Counted from the first letter of the stretch, positions 1 to 9,073 are shown. The stretch: 22,609 nt of DNA from Candidatus Bathyarchaeia archaeon (GCA_038883715.1 JAVZLS010000016.1:1-22609), one strand, 5' to 3'. The notes: generated by a model from the letters alone, not told the origin. Translations and numbers: made by a program.

Positions 1-178
1 TGAGAACTGCGGCTACATAGCCTACTACGACCTAAAACAGAGAAAGTATGTCTGCAGAATATGCGAGGACAAGGCGAAAATCTCACCCGTAATAGTCTCT
101 TACGCTTTTAAGCTTCTCCTCCAAGAACTGATGAGCCTCTGCGTGGCGCCAAAATTGAAGCTTAAGGAGAGGGCCTAA
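1..178 (+). CDS. rpoB: DNA-directed RNA polymerase subunit B (Rpo2), C-terminal fragment (gene begins before the window)
   Basis: Frame starting at 2 reads ENCGYIAYYDLKQRKYVCRICEDKAKISPVIVSYAFKLLLQELMSLCVAPKLKLKERA* (TAA 176-178). It has the clamp Zn-ribbon cysteines and the conserved YAFKLLLQELMS terminus of Rpo2/Rpb2, directly upstream of rpoA. Confidence 0.96.
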   Translation, partial: ENCGYIAYYDLKQRKYVCRICEDKAKISPVIVSYAFKLLLQELMSLCVAPKLKLKERA

Positions 179-179
179 A

Positions 180-3100
180 ATGGCGGTTGAGGAAGTCGCC
201 CATAAAGTTGTTGACGAAATCCGTTTCGGTTTACTTTCACCACAGGAAATACGTAAACTTTCGGTGGTTGAAATCCAGACACCGGACACTTATGACGAGG
301 ATGGCGCCCCAATAACCGCTGGACTTATGGATGGAAGGCTCGGCACTCTCGAGCCGAGGCAGAGATGCAAAACCTGCGGCAACACGGCTATACGCTGTCC
401 GGGACACTTTGGACACATAGAACTCGCCGTGCCCATAATCCATATCGAATTTGCAAAAATAATATATGACCTTCTCAGGGTTACATGCCGAAACTGCGGG
501 CGGATTCTGCTTCCAGAAGACGCCGTTAAAAAGTTGAGGACGAGGATTGATAAAACCCGCCAGCTACTGGGAACAGTTCCAGATGAAGTGTTTAAGCGAA
601 TCACCCAAGAGATAAGAGCTAAGACCTGCCCCCATTGTAATGCTCCCCAATACAAGATAACTTTCGAAAAACCCACAAAGTTCAGTGAGGAAATTCCTGG
701 AAGCGGTTCGCAACTCTTAACTCCCAGCATGATTAGGGAGAGGCTTGAACGCATATCAAATGATGATTTGGAGCTTTTGGGTTTTGACCCAAAAACAGCC
801 CGTCCAGAATGGATGATTCTCCAAGCCCTGCCAGTTCCACCAGTTTATGTGCGCCCCTCCATTACTTTGGAGTCTGGCATCCGCTCCGAGGATGACTTGA
901 CCCATAAGCTTGTGGATATAATCCGTATAAACCAACGCTTGAAGGAGAACATGGAGGCTGGCGCCCCCACCCTCATAATTCAAGACTTGTCAGAGCTTCT
1001 CCAGTATCATGTGACAACCTACTTCAACAATGAGGCTTCTGGCATTCCGCCGGCAAGACACCGCTCTGGAAGAGCCCTTAAAACACTTTCCCAGAGGCTT
1101 AAGGGCAAGGAGGGACGATTCAGAAGCAACCTCTCCGGGAAGCGTGTGGACTTCTCGGCGCGGACGGTGATTTCTCCAGACCCGAACCTCGACATAAACG
1201 AGGTTGGCGTCCCATTGGAGGTTGCCATGAGGCTTTCAGTTCCGGAAAAGGTAACCTCTTGGAACATCGAGGAGATGCGAAAACTTGTCATAAATGGTCC
1301 ATTTAAGTATCCGGGCGCCCTTTATATTATCCGTCCAGACGGCAAAAGGATTAGGCTTGAGTTTGTCACTGACAGGGAGAAGATTGCCGAGTCTTTGGAG
1401 CCGGGCTATATTGTTGAGCGTCACCTAAGAAACGGTGACATAGCCATTTTCAACCGTCAGCCGTCTCTCCACAGAATGTCCATTATGGCGCACTATGTGC
1501 GAGTCTTACCCTACAAGACTTTCCGCCTGCACTTGTGCGTCTGTCCACCCTACAATGCGGACTTCGATGGGGACGAGATGAACCTCCACATACCGCAAAG
1601 CGAGGAAGCCCAAACAGAAGCCCGCCTCCTCATGCAGGTTCAAGACCAAATTCTTTCGCCACGCTTCGGCGGCCCAATAATTGGGGCTATTAGAGACTTT
1701 ATTACTGCTGCTTATCTCTTCACAAGGAAGTCAAACTACTTAACAAAAGACGAGGTAAGCCGCCTTCTGATTGCCGCTGGTTATGAGGGTCCGCTTCCAC
1801 CACCCCAAATAAAAGAGCCCCAGCCCATGTGGAGTGGCAAACAGATTTTCAGCCTATTCTTGCCGAAGGATTTGAACTATGTTTTGAAGGCGAACACCTG
1901 CCGTGGATGTGCCAAATGCCTTAAGGAAGAGTGCCCCTACGACGCCTATGTAGTTGTTAAGAACGGGCAGCTTATATGGGGTGTGATTGATAGAAAAGCT
2001 ATAGGTGCCGAGCAGTCTGAAAGCCTCCTCCACAGAATAATCAAGGATTACGGAACGGCTGCTGGACGCGAATTTATAAACAAGATTACGAGGCTTCTGA
2101 AGCTTTTCATAACTATGCAGGGATTCTCCTACTCCTACGACGAGCTTGTGCTTTCACCGCAAGCGGAAGCAAAAATTAAGAGGATAATGGAGAGGGTTGA
2201 GAAGAGAATTGAGGAGCTTATAAAGAGCTACCGCGACGGCACACTGCCTAGACTTCCCGGACAAACCCTTGAGGACTCCTTTGAAATTTATGTTATGAAC
2301 GAGCTTGCCAAAGCCAGAGATGAATCTGGAAAAATCGCCGACGAAGACTTCACTCTTGAAAACTCCGGTATAGTCATGACGAGGACAGGCGCCAGAGGCT
2401 CAAGCCTAAACATTGGGCAGATGAGCGCCTGTGTTGGACAACAAGCCGTTCGTGGAAAACGTATAATGCGCGGCTATTTGGGTAGAACATTGCCTCACTT
2501 CAAGTTTGGTGATCCATCCCCTAAGGCGAGGGGCTTCGTTTACTCCTCATACCAGAAGGGGTTAGACGCAATAGAGTTCTTCTTCCACGCCATGGGTGGA
2601 CGTGAGGGACTTGTGGACACTGCTGTTCGGACGCAGCAGAGCGGTTACATGCAGAGACGCCTAATCAACGCTTTGGAGCATCTACGCCTAGAATATGATG
2701 GAACTGTTAGGAGTTCAACCGGCGACATAATCCAGTTCAAGTATGGCGAGGACGGCGTTGACCCGGCTAAAAGCGACCATGGAAAGGCTGTGAACGTCAG
2801 CCGCCTTGTTGAGCAGATAAGAATAGGCATGGAGAAGGGCAAGCCGGCTCCTCCAGAATACGTTAAGGAGAAACTCAAAGCCGTTGAAGACCAGCTCACG
2901 CCACTATTGATAAGCGAGCTAAAGCAAAGCCTAATGGAGGCGAAGCTCAGCAAGGAGGGCGTTGACAAAGCCATAGAGCTAACAGTTGAACACTACAAGC
3001 GCGCCTTAATGGAGCCGGGCGAAGCCGTAGGCATAGTTTCAGCCCAGTCTATAGGCGAGCCTGGAACCCAAATGACCCTTAGAACATTCCACTACGCTGG

Positions 3101-4001
3101 TGTTAGGGAGCAGAACGTAACCTTGGGCTTGCCGCGGCTTATAGAGATTGTTGACGCCAGAAGAGTTCCATCCACGCCCATAATGGTCATTTACTTAGAC
3201 GAGAAGCACCGCAAGAGCAGGGAGGCAGCTGTCAAAATAGCTAGAAACATTCTCTACACCACATTAGAGAATATTGCTCAAGCCATATACCAGGACCCGG
3301 TGCGCGGAGAAATAGTTGTCGAGTTGAATAAGACTATGATGGAGGACAGGGGCGTAACAATACAAGAGCTTAAGGAGAAGGTGAAGATTGCCAACTGCAC
3401 TGTGAAGATAGCTGGAAACCGCATCCATATAAAACCCAAAAAGCCAGAAGCCCTAAAGCGGCTTCTTGACAAGGTCTCATCACTCTACATTAGGGGTGTT
3501 TCGGGAATAAAGCGTGTTCTGGTCACAGAAGAGCAGGGCGAATGGGTTATACGCACCGACGGCTCAAACCTCCCCAAAGTCTTAGAAGTTTACGGAGTTG
3601 ACACCACAAGGACAACAACCAACAATGTTCATGAAATAGCTAAAACCTTGGGCATTGAAGCCGCCAGAAACGTCTTGATACAGGAGGCTAAGAGCGTTTT
3701 GGAGGAGCAGGGCTTGGACGTTGACATCCGCCACGTCATGCTTGTGGCTGACATGATGACCGCAACCGGCGAAGTGCAGCAAATAGGCAGGCACGGTGTC
3801 AGCGGCAAAAAGGCAAGTGTTTTGGCAAGGGCAGCCTTCGAGATTACCGTTCCAAACATTGTTGAGGCTGCCATAAGAGGGGAAAGCGACCCGTTGGAAG
3901 GCGTAACTGAAAACGTTATTGTGGGGCAGTCCATACCAGTTGGCACCGGGCTTGTGGAGCTGTTTATGTCCACTTCTGAGCTTAGGAGAGAGAACAAATG
4001 A
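180..4001 (+). CDS. rpo1: DNA-directed RNA polymerase largest subunit, fused A'/A'' (Rpo1)
   Basis: N-terminal CKTC..CPGHFGH Zn site, catalytic NADFDGD (1554-1574), bridge helix (GLVDTAVRT), and A''-type motifs GEPGTQMTLRTFH and GVTENVIVGQ, all in one uninterrupted 1273-aa ORF; no intein-sized insertion. Confidence 0.98.
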   Translation: MAVEEVAHKVVDEIRFGLLSPQEIRKLSVVEIQTPDTYDEDGAPITAGLMDGRLGTLEPRQRCKTCGNTAIRCPGHFGHIELAVPIIHIEFAKIIYDLLRVTCRNCGRILLPEDAVKKLRTRIDKTRQLLGTVPDEVFKRITQEIRAKTCPHCNAPQYKITFEKPTKFSEEIPGSGSQLLTPSMIRERLERISNDDLELLGFDPKTARPEWMILQALPVPPVYVRPSITLESGIRSEDDLTHKLVDIIRINQRLKENMEAGAPTLIIQDLSELLQYHVTTYFNNEASGIPPARHRSGRALKTLSQRLKGKEGRFRSNLSGKRVDFSARTVISPDPNLDINEVGVPLEVAMRLSVPEKVTSWNIEEMRKLVINGPFKYPGALYIIRPDGKRIRLEFVTDREKIAESLEPGYIVERHLRNGDIAIFNRQPSLHRMSIMAHYVRVLPYKTFRLHLCVCPPYNADFDGDEMNLHIPQSEEAQTEARLLMQVQDQILSPRFGGPIIGAIRDFITAAYLFTRKSNYLTKDEVSRLLIAAGYEGPLPPPQIKEPQPMWSGKQIFSLFLPKDLNYVLKANTCRGCAKCLKEECPYDAYVVVKNGQLIWGVIDRKAIGAEQSESLLHRIIKDYGTAAGREFINKITRLLKLFITMQGFSYSYDELVLSPQAEAKIKRIMERVEKRIEELIKSYRDGTLPRLPGQTLEDSFEIYVMNELAKARDESGKIADEDFTLENSGIVMTRTGARGSSLNIGQMSACVGQQAVRGKRIMRGYLGRTLPHFKFGDPSPKARGFVYSSYQKGLDAIEFFFHAMGGREGLVDTAVRTQQSGYMQRRLINALEHLRLEYDGTVRSSTGDIIQFKYGEDGVDPAKSDHGKAVNVSRLVEQIRIGMEKGKPAPPEYVKEKLKAVEDQLTPLLISELKQSLMEAKLSKEGVDKAIELTVEHYKRALMEPGEAVGIVSAQSIGEPGTQMTLRTFHYAGVREQNVTLGLPRLIEIVDARRVPSTPIMVIYLDEKHRKSREAAVKIARNILYTTLENIAQAIYQDPVRGEIVVELNKTMMEDRGVTIQELKEKVKIANCTVKIAGNRIHIKPKKPEALKRLLDKVSSLYIRGVSGIKRVLVTEEQGEWVIRTDGSNLPKVLEVYGVDTTRTTTNNVHEIAKTLGIEAARNVLIQEAKSVLEEQGLDVDIRHVMLVADMMTATGEVQQIGRHGVSGKKASVLARAAFEITVPNIVEAAIRGESDPLEGVTENVIVGQSIPVGTGLVELFMSTSELRRENK

Positions 4002-4339
4002 TAGACATAGACAAGGCTATTTCAACAGCCGTTAAGACTGGCAAGGTTTCCTTCGGCTCTAATTCGGCAATTCAAAGCGCTAAAACTGGAAAGGCGAAGA
4101 TGATTATTGTGTCTTCTAATTGTCCAGCTGAAATCCGCAGCGACTTGGAGTATTACTGCAAGCTTTCGAATGTGCCACTGATTGTTTATAGGGGTTCTTC
4201 GACGGATTTGGCTGCTGTTTGTGGAAAACCCTTCCTTGTTTCAGCGTTAACTATAAGAGAGCCCGGTGATTCAGAAATTCTTAGATTAGTAGAGAAGCCC
4301 ATGGAAGAGGCAGAGGAGTCTGAAGGAGGAAGCGAATGA
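3998..4339 (+). CDS. rpl30e: 50S ribosomal protein L30e
   Basis: AVKTGKVSFG, GKAKMIIVSSNCP and LAAVCGKPF motifs; canonical position after rpoA''; ATGA overlap with rpo1. Confidence 0.96.
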   Translation: MIDIDKAISTAVKTGKVSFGSNSAIQSAKTGKAKMIIVSSNCPAEIRSDLEYYCKLSNVPLIVYRGSSTDLAAVCGKPFLVSALTIREPGDSEILRLVEKPMEEAEESEGGSE

Positions 4340-4773
4340 GTAGCGGCATAAAATTCACCAGCACGGAAATGAAGTATATAGCCCTCTTTGAAAGCATAAG
4401 TGGCGCCAGCGTAAAAGACTGCATAGTTGACGAGGATCAAGGCAGAGTAATCATGGTTGTAAAAGAAGGCGACATAGGCGCAGCCATAGGCAAGGGCGGA
4501 AGAAACATTAGGCTTCTGGAGCGGATGACAGGCAAAAAACACGAGATAATAGAGTACTCCGAAGACCCGGTTCAGTTTATTAAAAATGCCTTAAAACCAG
4601 CCAACGTCCAAGAGGTTAGGATAACAGAGAGACCAGACGGCAAAACAATAGCGGTCGTGTCAGTTCACCCAAGAGACAAGGGTGTAGCCATAGGGAAAAA
4701 TGGTAGGAATGCTGAACGCCTCCGCATGCTGGTGAAACGCTACTTCCAAATACAAAACGTCAGCATAGTCTAA
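4336..4773 (+). CDS. nusA: Archaeal NusA-like transcription factor (two KH domains)
   Basis: Two KH GxxG loops (AIGKGGRNI, AIGKNGRN); canonical position after L30e; ATGA overlap with an upstream GGAGG SD. Confidence 0.95.
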   Translation: MSSGIKFTSTEMKYIALFESISGASVKDCIVDEDQGRVIMVVKEGDIGAAIGKGGRNIRLLERMTGKKHEIIEYSEDPVQFIKNALKPANVQEVRITERPDGKTIAVVSVHPRDKGVAIGKNGRNAERLRMLVKRYFQIQNVSIV

Positions 4774-4811
4774 ACCGCCAAAGACATGAAAATGAGAGGC
4801 GAAAAGCGACC

Positions 4812-4994
4812 ATGAAGAAAAATCTAGCCACAATTATTATTAACATATTACTGTTGATGTTCGCCTTCACTAACTGTGTTTATGCGGCAGAAGAATCATT
4901 CCCAAGCAAGTTTTTAGGAAGCCCTCTTCTGATTCTTACGGCAATAATCGTCATCGACGTCATAGCCTATCTCTACAGAAAAATCAGAAAATAA
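4812..4994 (+). CDS. Small hypothetical membrane protein (signal peptide-like segment plus one TM helix and basic tail)
   Basis: MKK, hydrophobic stretch, VYA-A cleavage-like site, second hydrophobic helix, RKIRK end. Confidence 0.6.
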   Translation: MKKNLATIIINILLLMFAFTNCVYAAEESFPSKFLGSPLLILTAIIVIDVIAYLYRKIRK

Positions 4995-5011
4995 AGCTTG
5001 TGCAGTAATAA

Positions 5012-5407
5012 CTAACTTTCTTCTTTTTGTTCCGCTCCGCAGTAGGGGCATTCCAACGCTGCTATGGGAATCTCCTTGCCACACTTGACACATTTTTTAA
5101 GAAAGGCTTTAGGCGTTTCTGCACGTGCTATATTTTCAAGATTAAAATCGGCGATTACTATATTGCACTTTTTACATCTTAAAGCTGGGATGTTAACGGC
5201 TACGAAAAAATAATATCTCCAATCCCACGGCCATGCCATCTCTACAAATTTGCGTTTTTTGGGAATCCACCAAGGAACAGCTACGGGAGCACCCATGTAT
5301 CCCCTCTCAAGGTCTCCGCCGCAAATTGGGCACTTCTTAATAGAAGTTAATGTGAAAAATTCTTCCTTTTCACCCACAACTTCATACCTCTTCCTTGGAT
5401 GGACCAT
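5012..5407 (-). CDS. Double zinc-ribbon protein (DUF6487-like N-terminal part plus C-terminal zinc ribbon)
   Basis: Four Cys pairs: CPICGGDLERGY..CKKC and CVKCG..CPYCG. A TATA-like TTTTATCT (5426-5433, minus strand) lies about 20-25 nt upstream, consistent with a leaderless transcript. Confidence 0.7.
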   Translation of the reverse strand: MVHPRKRYEVVGEKEEFFTLTSIKKCPICGGDLERGYMGAPVAVPWWIPKKRKFVEMAWPWDWRYYFFVAVNIPALRCKKCNIVIADFNLENIARAETPKAFLKKCVKCGKEIPIAALECPYCGAEQKEES

Positions 5408-5648
5408 ACTAAAATTAAGTGCATTAGATAAAACTTACCCCATACTAAATCCCGTTACTGCTCCACTTATAGCCAAAAATCAAGGAAAAAGCAGGCATAG
5501 AAAAAGAATGCTGAATCGATATGGGATTGTTATAGAGTTAGGGAGGTTAAGGCAAGCTTGGAAAACGCAGAAAAATAACAGCCATTCGAGAACCAAGTTT
5601 AGCTAAAAAGATTGATAGATTTGGAAGGTGAGAAACGGTTTAGCCCTT

Positions 5649-6206
5649 TTACTTGGATAGGATTAGGTCTATGAGGGCTTTTTGGTCTACTTCGGCTCGG
5701 GTGCGCCAGTCCAAATATAACTGTTCGTTTTCGTCTTGGGTTAGGTAGCCATAGCGTATGTAGCGGTCTATGTTTAAGCCCACCTTCCAGCCCGGCAGCT
5801 TCTCGCGTAATAGTTCTTCCACTTCTTTGCGGGGTGCTTTACCCTTTTTTGAGATTATGTAAGCTATTGTTATGGCTAGTCCAGCCAAGTCGTCTATTCG
5901 CCAACTAACCATCTTAGCCTCTTTAGGTGTTAAGTCGCCCCTTAGGGTTATGTAGAACCTCGCCTTGTCCAATTCCTCCAGTGTTGGCTTTTCAGAGGCT
6001 GGCTTCTCCTCTTCAAAAACCATTTTAACCTGCAAGTCCAAAGGTTTCAAGTACTCATCCAATATATTTAGGACTTTTGGATAGTCTGAACCCAAAGCCT
6101 TTCGGAGTTCCCAGCCCTTCACTCCGGGCTTTTTGTGTCGGCGATAAAAGAGCATGTGGACGGCGCGTTTCACCTTGCTGGCGTAGACGGCTTTTCTCTT
6201 ACTCAC
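5649..6206 (-). CDS. Kite-like tandem winged-helix protein (ScpB/Nse1/Nse3-like), SMC accessory subunit
   Basis: About 185 aa with two wHTH-like halves (ELRKALG..ILDEYLKPLDLQVK; RKEVEELL..IDRYIRYGYL..LYLDWRT); third gene of the SMC-kleisin operon. I prefer the GTG at 6206 as start (GTGA overlap with the kleisin stop); the ORF track extends to 6233. Confidence 0.7.
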   Translation of the reverse strand: MSKRKAVYASKVKRAVHMLFYRRHKKPGVKGWELRKALGSDYPKVLNILDEYLKPLDLQVKMVFEEEKPASEKPTLEELDKARFYITLRGDLTPKEAKMVSWRIDDLAGLAITIAYIISKKGKAPRKEVEELLREKLPGWKVGLNIDRYIRYGYLTQDENEQLYLDWRTRAEVDQKALIDLILSK

Positions 6207-7027
6207 TCTTGCGCTCTTCTCCATTTTTCCCACTCCTCAACAGTTATGGCTATCGGAATTGAAACCAGCTGCCTTTTGGCTATGCGCCTCTGCTGCCTCT
6301 CAAAGGGCTTGATGAAGATTTCTTCCTCCAACGGGTGAACTTCAAGAGTTGCATAGCCATAGGTTACGAGAAAGCTTGTCATGAAGGCTCTGTGGATTGT
6401 CTCCTCATAGGTTTCTGCGCCAACAAAATTCCAGTATCGGATTCTGCCATTCTCGCCCTTCTCGCTAACAAGTCTTTTCAACTCGTTCCAAAAGTTTTCC
6501 AACTCTTCGGTGAAGGCTTTATCCTGCAAAATCCTAAGCCTTATGAGCTCCTCTCGGGTGGCAGCTCCGCCAGCCTCTTCTGGCGTGGGGAACTCTTTCC
6601 ACCTGTCTTTCAGTGGCGGGAGGCTTTCCCAATAGCGCAGTGCCTCTTTTAGGCTATGGAGCGAAATCTGTTCAAACTCGACTATTGGGTGCCAAGCGCC
6701 TAGAAAAGTCTCTACGATGGCTTCTTTCTCCATGCGTTTTATCTTCTCTTCTAGGAGGAAGGGGTCTGTGTAAAGCGAAGTTGAACGGTGTTTAACCCAT
6801 TCGCTTTGAAGCCTAACAACAGACGCGAGGCGGTTTATTGCTTCTGCGTCTAGGCATAGGTCCTCGGGCTGCTCCCATTCTGGGAAAAACTCCCTAACAA
6901 CCCTTATTATCTCGTCCACGTCCACAAGAAAGGGGTCTAGGGAGCGCTCCTCAACAGCCTTGCACATTTCAATAACCCGTTGAAGCCTTTCTCGTCCGAT
7001 TTTGACGCGTTCCCGCTTCGACTGCAT
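6203..7027 (-). CDS. Kleisin (ScpA/Nse4-like)
   Basis: N-terminal LDPFLVDVDEII resembles the ScpA DPWDIDI motif. C-terminal RAFMTSFLVTYGYATLEVHPLEEEIFIK resembles the kleisin C-terminal winged helix. TAATG-coupled to the SMC gene. Confidence 0.8.
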   Translation of the reverse strand: MQSKRERVKIGRERLQRVIEMCKAVEERSLDPFLVDVDEIIRVVREFFPEWEQPEDLCLDAEAINRLASVVRLQSEWVKHRSTSLYTDPFLLEEKIKRMEKEAIVETFLGAWHPIVEFEQISLHSLKEALRYWESLPPLKDRWKEFPTPEEAGGAATREELIRLRILQDKAFTEELENFWNELKRLVSEKGENGRIRYWNFVGAETYEETIHRAFMTSFLVTYGYATLEVHPLEEEIFIKPFERQQRRIAKRQLVSIPIAITVEEWEKWRRAQE

Positions 7028-8949
7028 TAGGCAACCTCTTTAATTATAGATTTGCCCTCAACATTCTGAACAGTAATGATGTGCACATCGTCTTTCGCGA
7101 AGGTAACATGGCTTGGGGTAATCACCACATACTGCGCATTGGCATCCTTAACGGTTGAAATCAACATTTGAGCTATTAGTTCGCGGTTCTTCGGGTCCAT
7201 GTGAACGTCGTACTCGTCCACTGCGCGGAAGGGTGAGCGCACATGTTGTTGCAGTGCCAAAAGGAAGCTCATAGTAGCCGTGGTCCTTTCGCCGCCGCTC
7301 TGCGTGTAAGCGTTAAGCGGCACTGGTTTTCCACCCCTAAAGCCCACGAGAATTTCAAGTCCAGCCGCCTCAATGTCATGCTCGTTCACAAGCCTAACCT
7401 CGCCCACAGCTTGAGAATTCGCCAAAATCTTCTGGTATTCGAGATTAACACGGTCTAGAAGGCTTTGGATTACTGTTCGCCAAGCCTGCATCCGCGCTTT
7501 GACCTCCTCCAAGGCTTTTTCACGATTTTCAGCCACCAGCCGCGCTTTTTCCTTAAGCTCCAAATAAAGCTGCGAATAAGACTCGTACATGCGCTCCACG
7601 TCCTCAGAAACACCAGCCAAAGCCGCCAAATGCCCATCAGTAACGCGGATCTCATCCAAAATTTCGCCAACACTCTTTATGACGGCGATTCTTGGTCCAG
7701 TCTCCTCAGCTCTCTTAACAGCTGCATCCAGCTGGGCTTTTGCGTCTTTAAGGGCTTTCTCTAAATCATCAATGTTTGCCTTCGCATTCTCCATCCGATA
7801 ATTGAGAAGCGCAAGCCTAACCCTCGTATCAAGAATCTGGCTTCCAACCTTCTCTATTTGCTCCTCAAGAACGCGTGTTTCCGAAAGCTTTCTGTTCAGT
7901 TCTTCATCAAGCTTCGAAACCTTCAACCGCGAGCTTTCTATAAGCTCTTTTAGGCTTTCGGTTTTTAAAAGCTTCAAGTGATGCCTGCCGCCTTGGGCTT
8001 CATTTTCTATGAGGGATGCTTCTGTCATTAGCTGTTCGCAAAGCGAAATTGTGGCTTGGCTTCCAGCTTTCTCACGCTCAAGACCGATAGTTTCGTTAAG
8101 GCTTCTCTTCCACTCACCCTTAAGCCTTTCAAGTTGGCTTTGGTGGGTTTGAAGTTGTTCTTGGGCTGTTTTGGCTTCGCCTTCAATCTGCCTCAGTAGG
8201 GACAGTTCTTTCTCAAGTTTTGCCTCCAAATCTTTGACAATGTCTTCCCTGCGGTTTACCTCAGCCCAAGCAAGCTCCCGCTCTAAGAAACGCCTTTTCG
8301 CCATCAGCTGCTTTTTCTCTTGAAACCTTTCGTACTGCTCCCTCCAATAGTTGAGGGTCTGCTCCGCTGACTCCAGAAGCTTGCTTATAGACTCTTCTTG
8401 GCTTAATATTCGGGTGAGCTTTTTCTGGGCTTCCAAAACGTTTTCGCGGTAAGCCTCAAGCCCAACAGCTGCCTCCACCATGCGGAGCTTATCTTGGGGG
8501 GAAAGAACAGTAAACTGTTCCACCATGTTCTGATGCATAATAATAAGCATGTTATCCGGGTCAACGCCCAGTCTAGCTAAAAGCCTCTCTACATCCTGCT
8601 TTGACGCAGCGCGGTTCTCTAACTCAAACCAGTACTTGCCATCCCGCCTCAAAACACGAGTCAAGAAAATCTGGTCCTTGTTAAACTTTGGAACTGGACG
8701 CTTACCGCCCCGCTTAGAATTGTCCAGTATAAGCGTTACACGGGCTTGGTCCTTACCCCAACGGATTAGGTCGCTGAGCTTCCTAGAGCGCTCAGTATAA
8801 GACTGCCCAAGAGCCACGGAAATAGCCAACAAAAGCGAGGACTTCCCAGCACCATTGGGACCACAAACCACATTCACACCAGGTTTAAGGGGCACCCTAG
8901 CATACTCATAGCTCATGAAGTTTTCAAGGATGACCTCGCTGATTAGCAT
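7027..8949 (-). CDS. SMC-family ATPase, SMC5/6-like, short (640 aa)
   Basis: LENFMSY, Walker A GPNGAGKS, R-loop ERSRKLSDLIR, Q-loop DNMLIIMHQ, about 340 aa of heptad-rich coiled coil, signature QSGGER, Walker B/D-loop SPFRAVDEYDVHMD. Confidence 0.92.
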   Translation of the reverse strand: MLISEVILENFMSYEYARVPLKPGVNVVCGPNGAGKSSLLLAISVALGQSYTERSRKLSDLIRWGKDQARVTLILDNSKRGGKRPVPKFNKDQIFLTRVLRRDGKYWFELENRAASKQDVERLLARLGVDPDNMLIIMHQNMVEQFTVLSPQDKLRMVEAAVGLEAYRENVLEAQKKLTRILSQEESISKLLESAEQTLNYWREQYERFQEKKQLMAKRRFLERELAWAEVNRREDIVKDLEAKLEKELSLLRQIEGEAKTAQEQLQTHQSQLERLKGEWKRSLNETIGLEREKAGSQATISLCEQLMTEASLIENEAQGGRHHLKLLKTESLKELIESSRLKVSKLDEELNRKLSETRVLEEQIEKVGSQILDTRVRLALLNYRMENAKANIDDLEKALKDAKAQLDAAVKRAEETGPRIAVIKSVGEILDEIRVTDGHLAALAGVSEDVERMYESYSQLYLELKEKARLVAENREKALEEVKARMQAWRTVIQSLLDRVNLEYQKILANSQAVGEVRLVNEHDIEAAGLEILVGFRGGKPVPLNAYTQSGGERTTATMSFLLALQQHVRSPFRAVDEYDVHMDPKNRELIAQMLISTVKDANAQYVVITPSHVTFAKDDVHIITVQNVEGKSIIKEVA

Positions 8950-9073
8950 CTGACTTCTTTTCCTCTAATGCCTTACCCTTATGCAGTATGAAATAGGGAT
9001 AAAAACTCTTATTAAAGCAATTAGGCAACCCGCAACTAAGGCAAACCTATATTTTAACAATTTCTTGGACTGG

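Noticed and set aside
1895-1945. CRGCAKCLKEEC cluster in Rpo1 as a novel Fe-S insertion
   Set aside because: A Cys-rich metal site in this region is common in archaeal A' subunits.
5649-8949. Wadjet (JetABCD) or Rad50/Mre11 assignment
   Set aside because: No JetD/TOPRIM nuclease and no Mre11, HerA or NurA neighbour; no CxxC hook; head motifs are Smc5/6-like rather than MukB/JetC- or Rad50-like.
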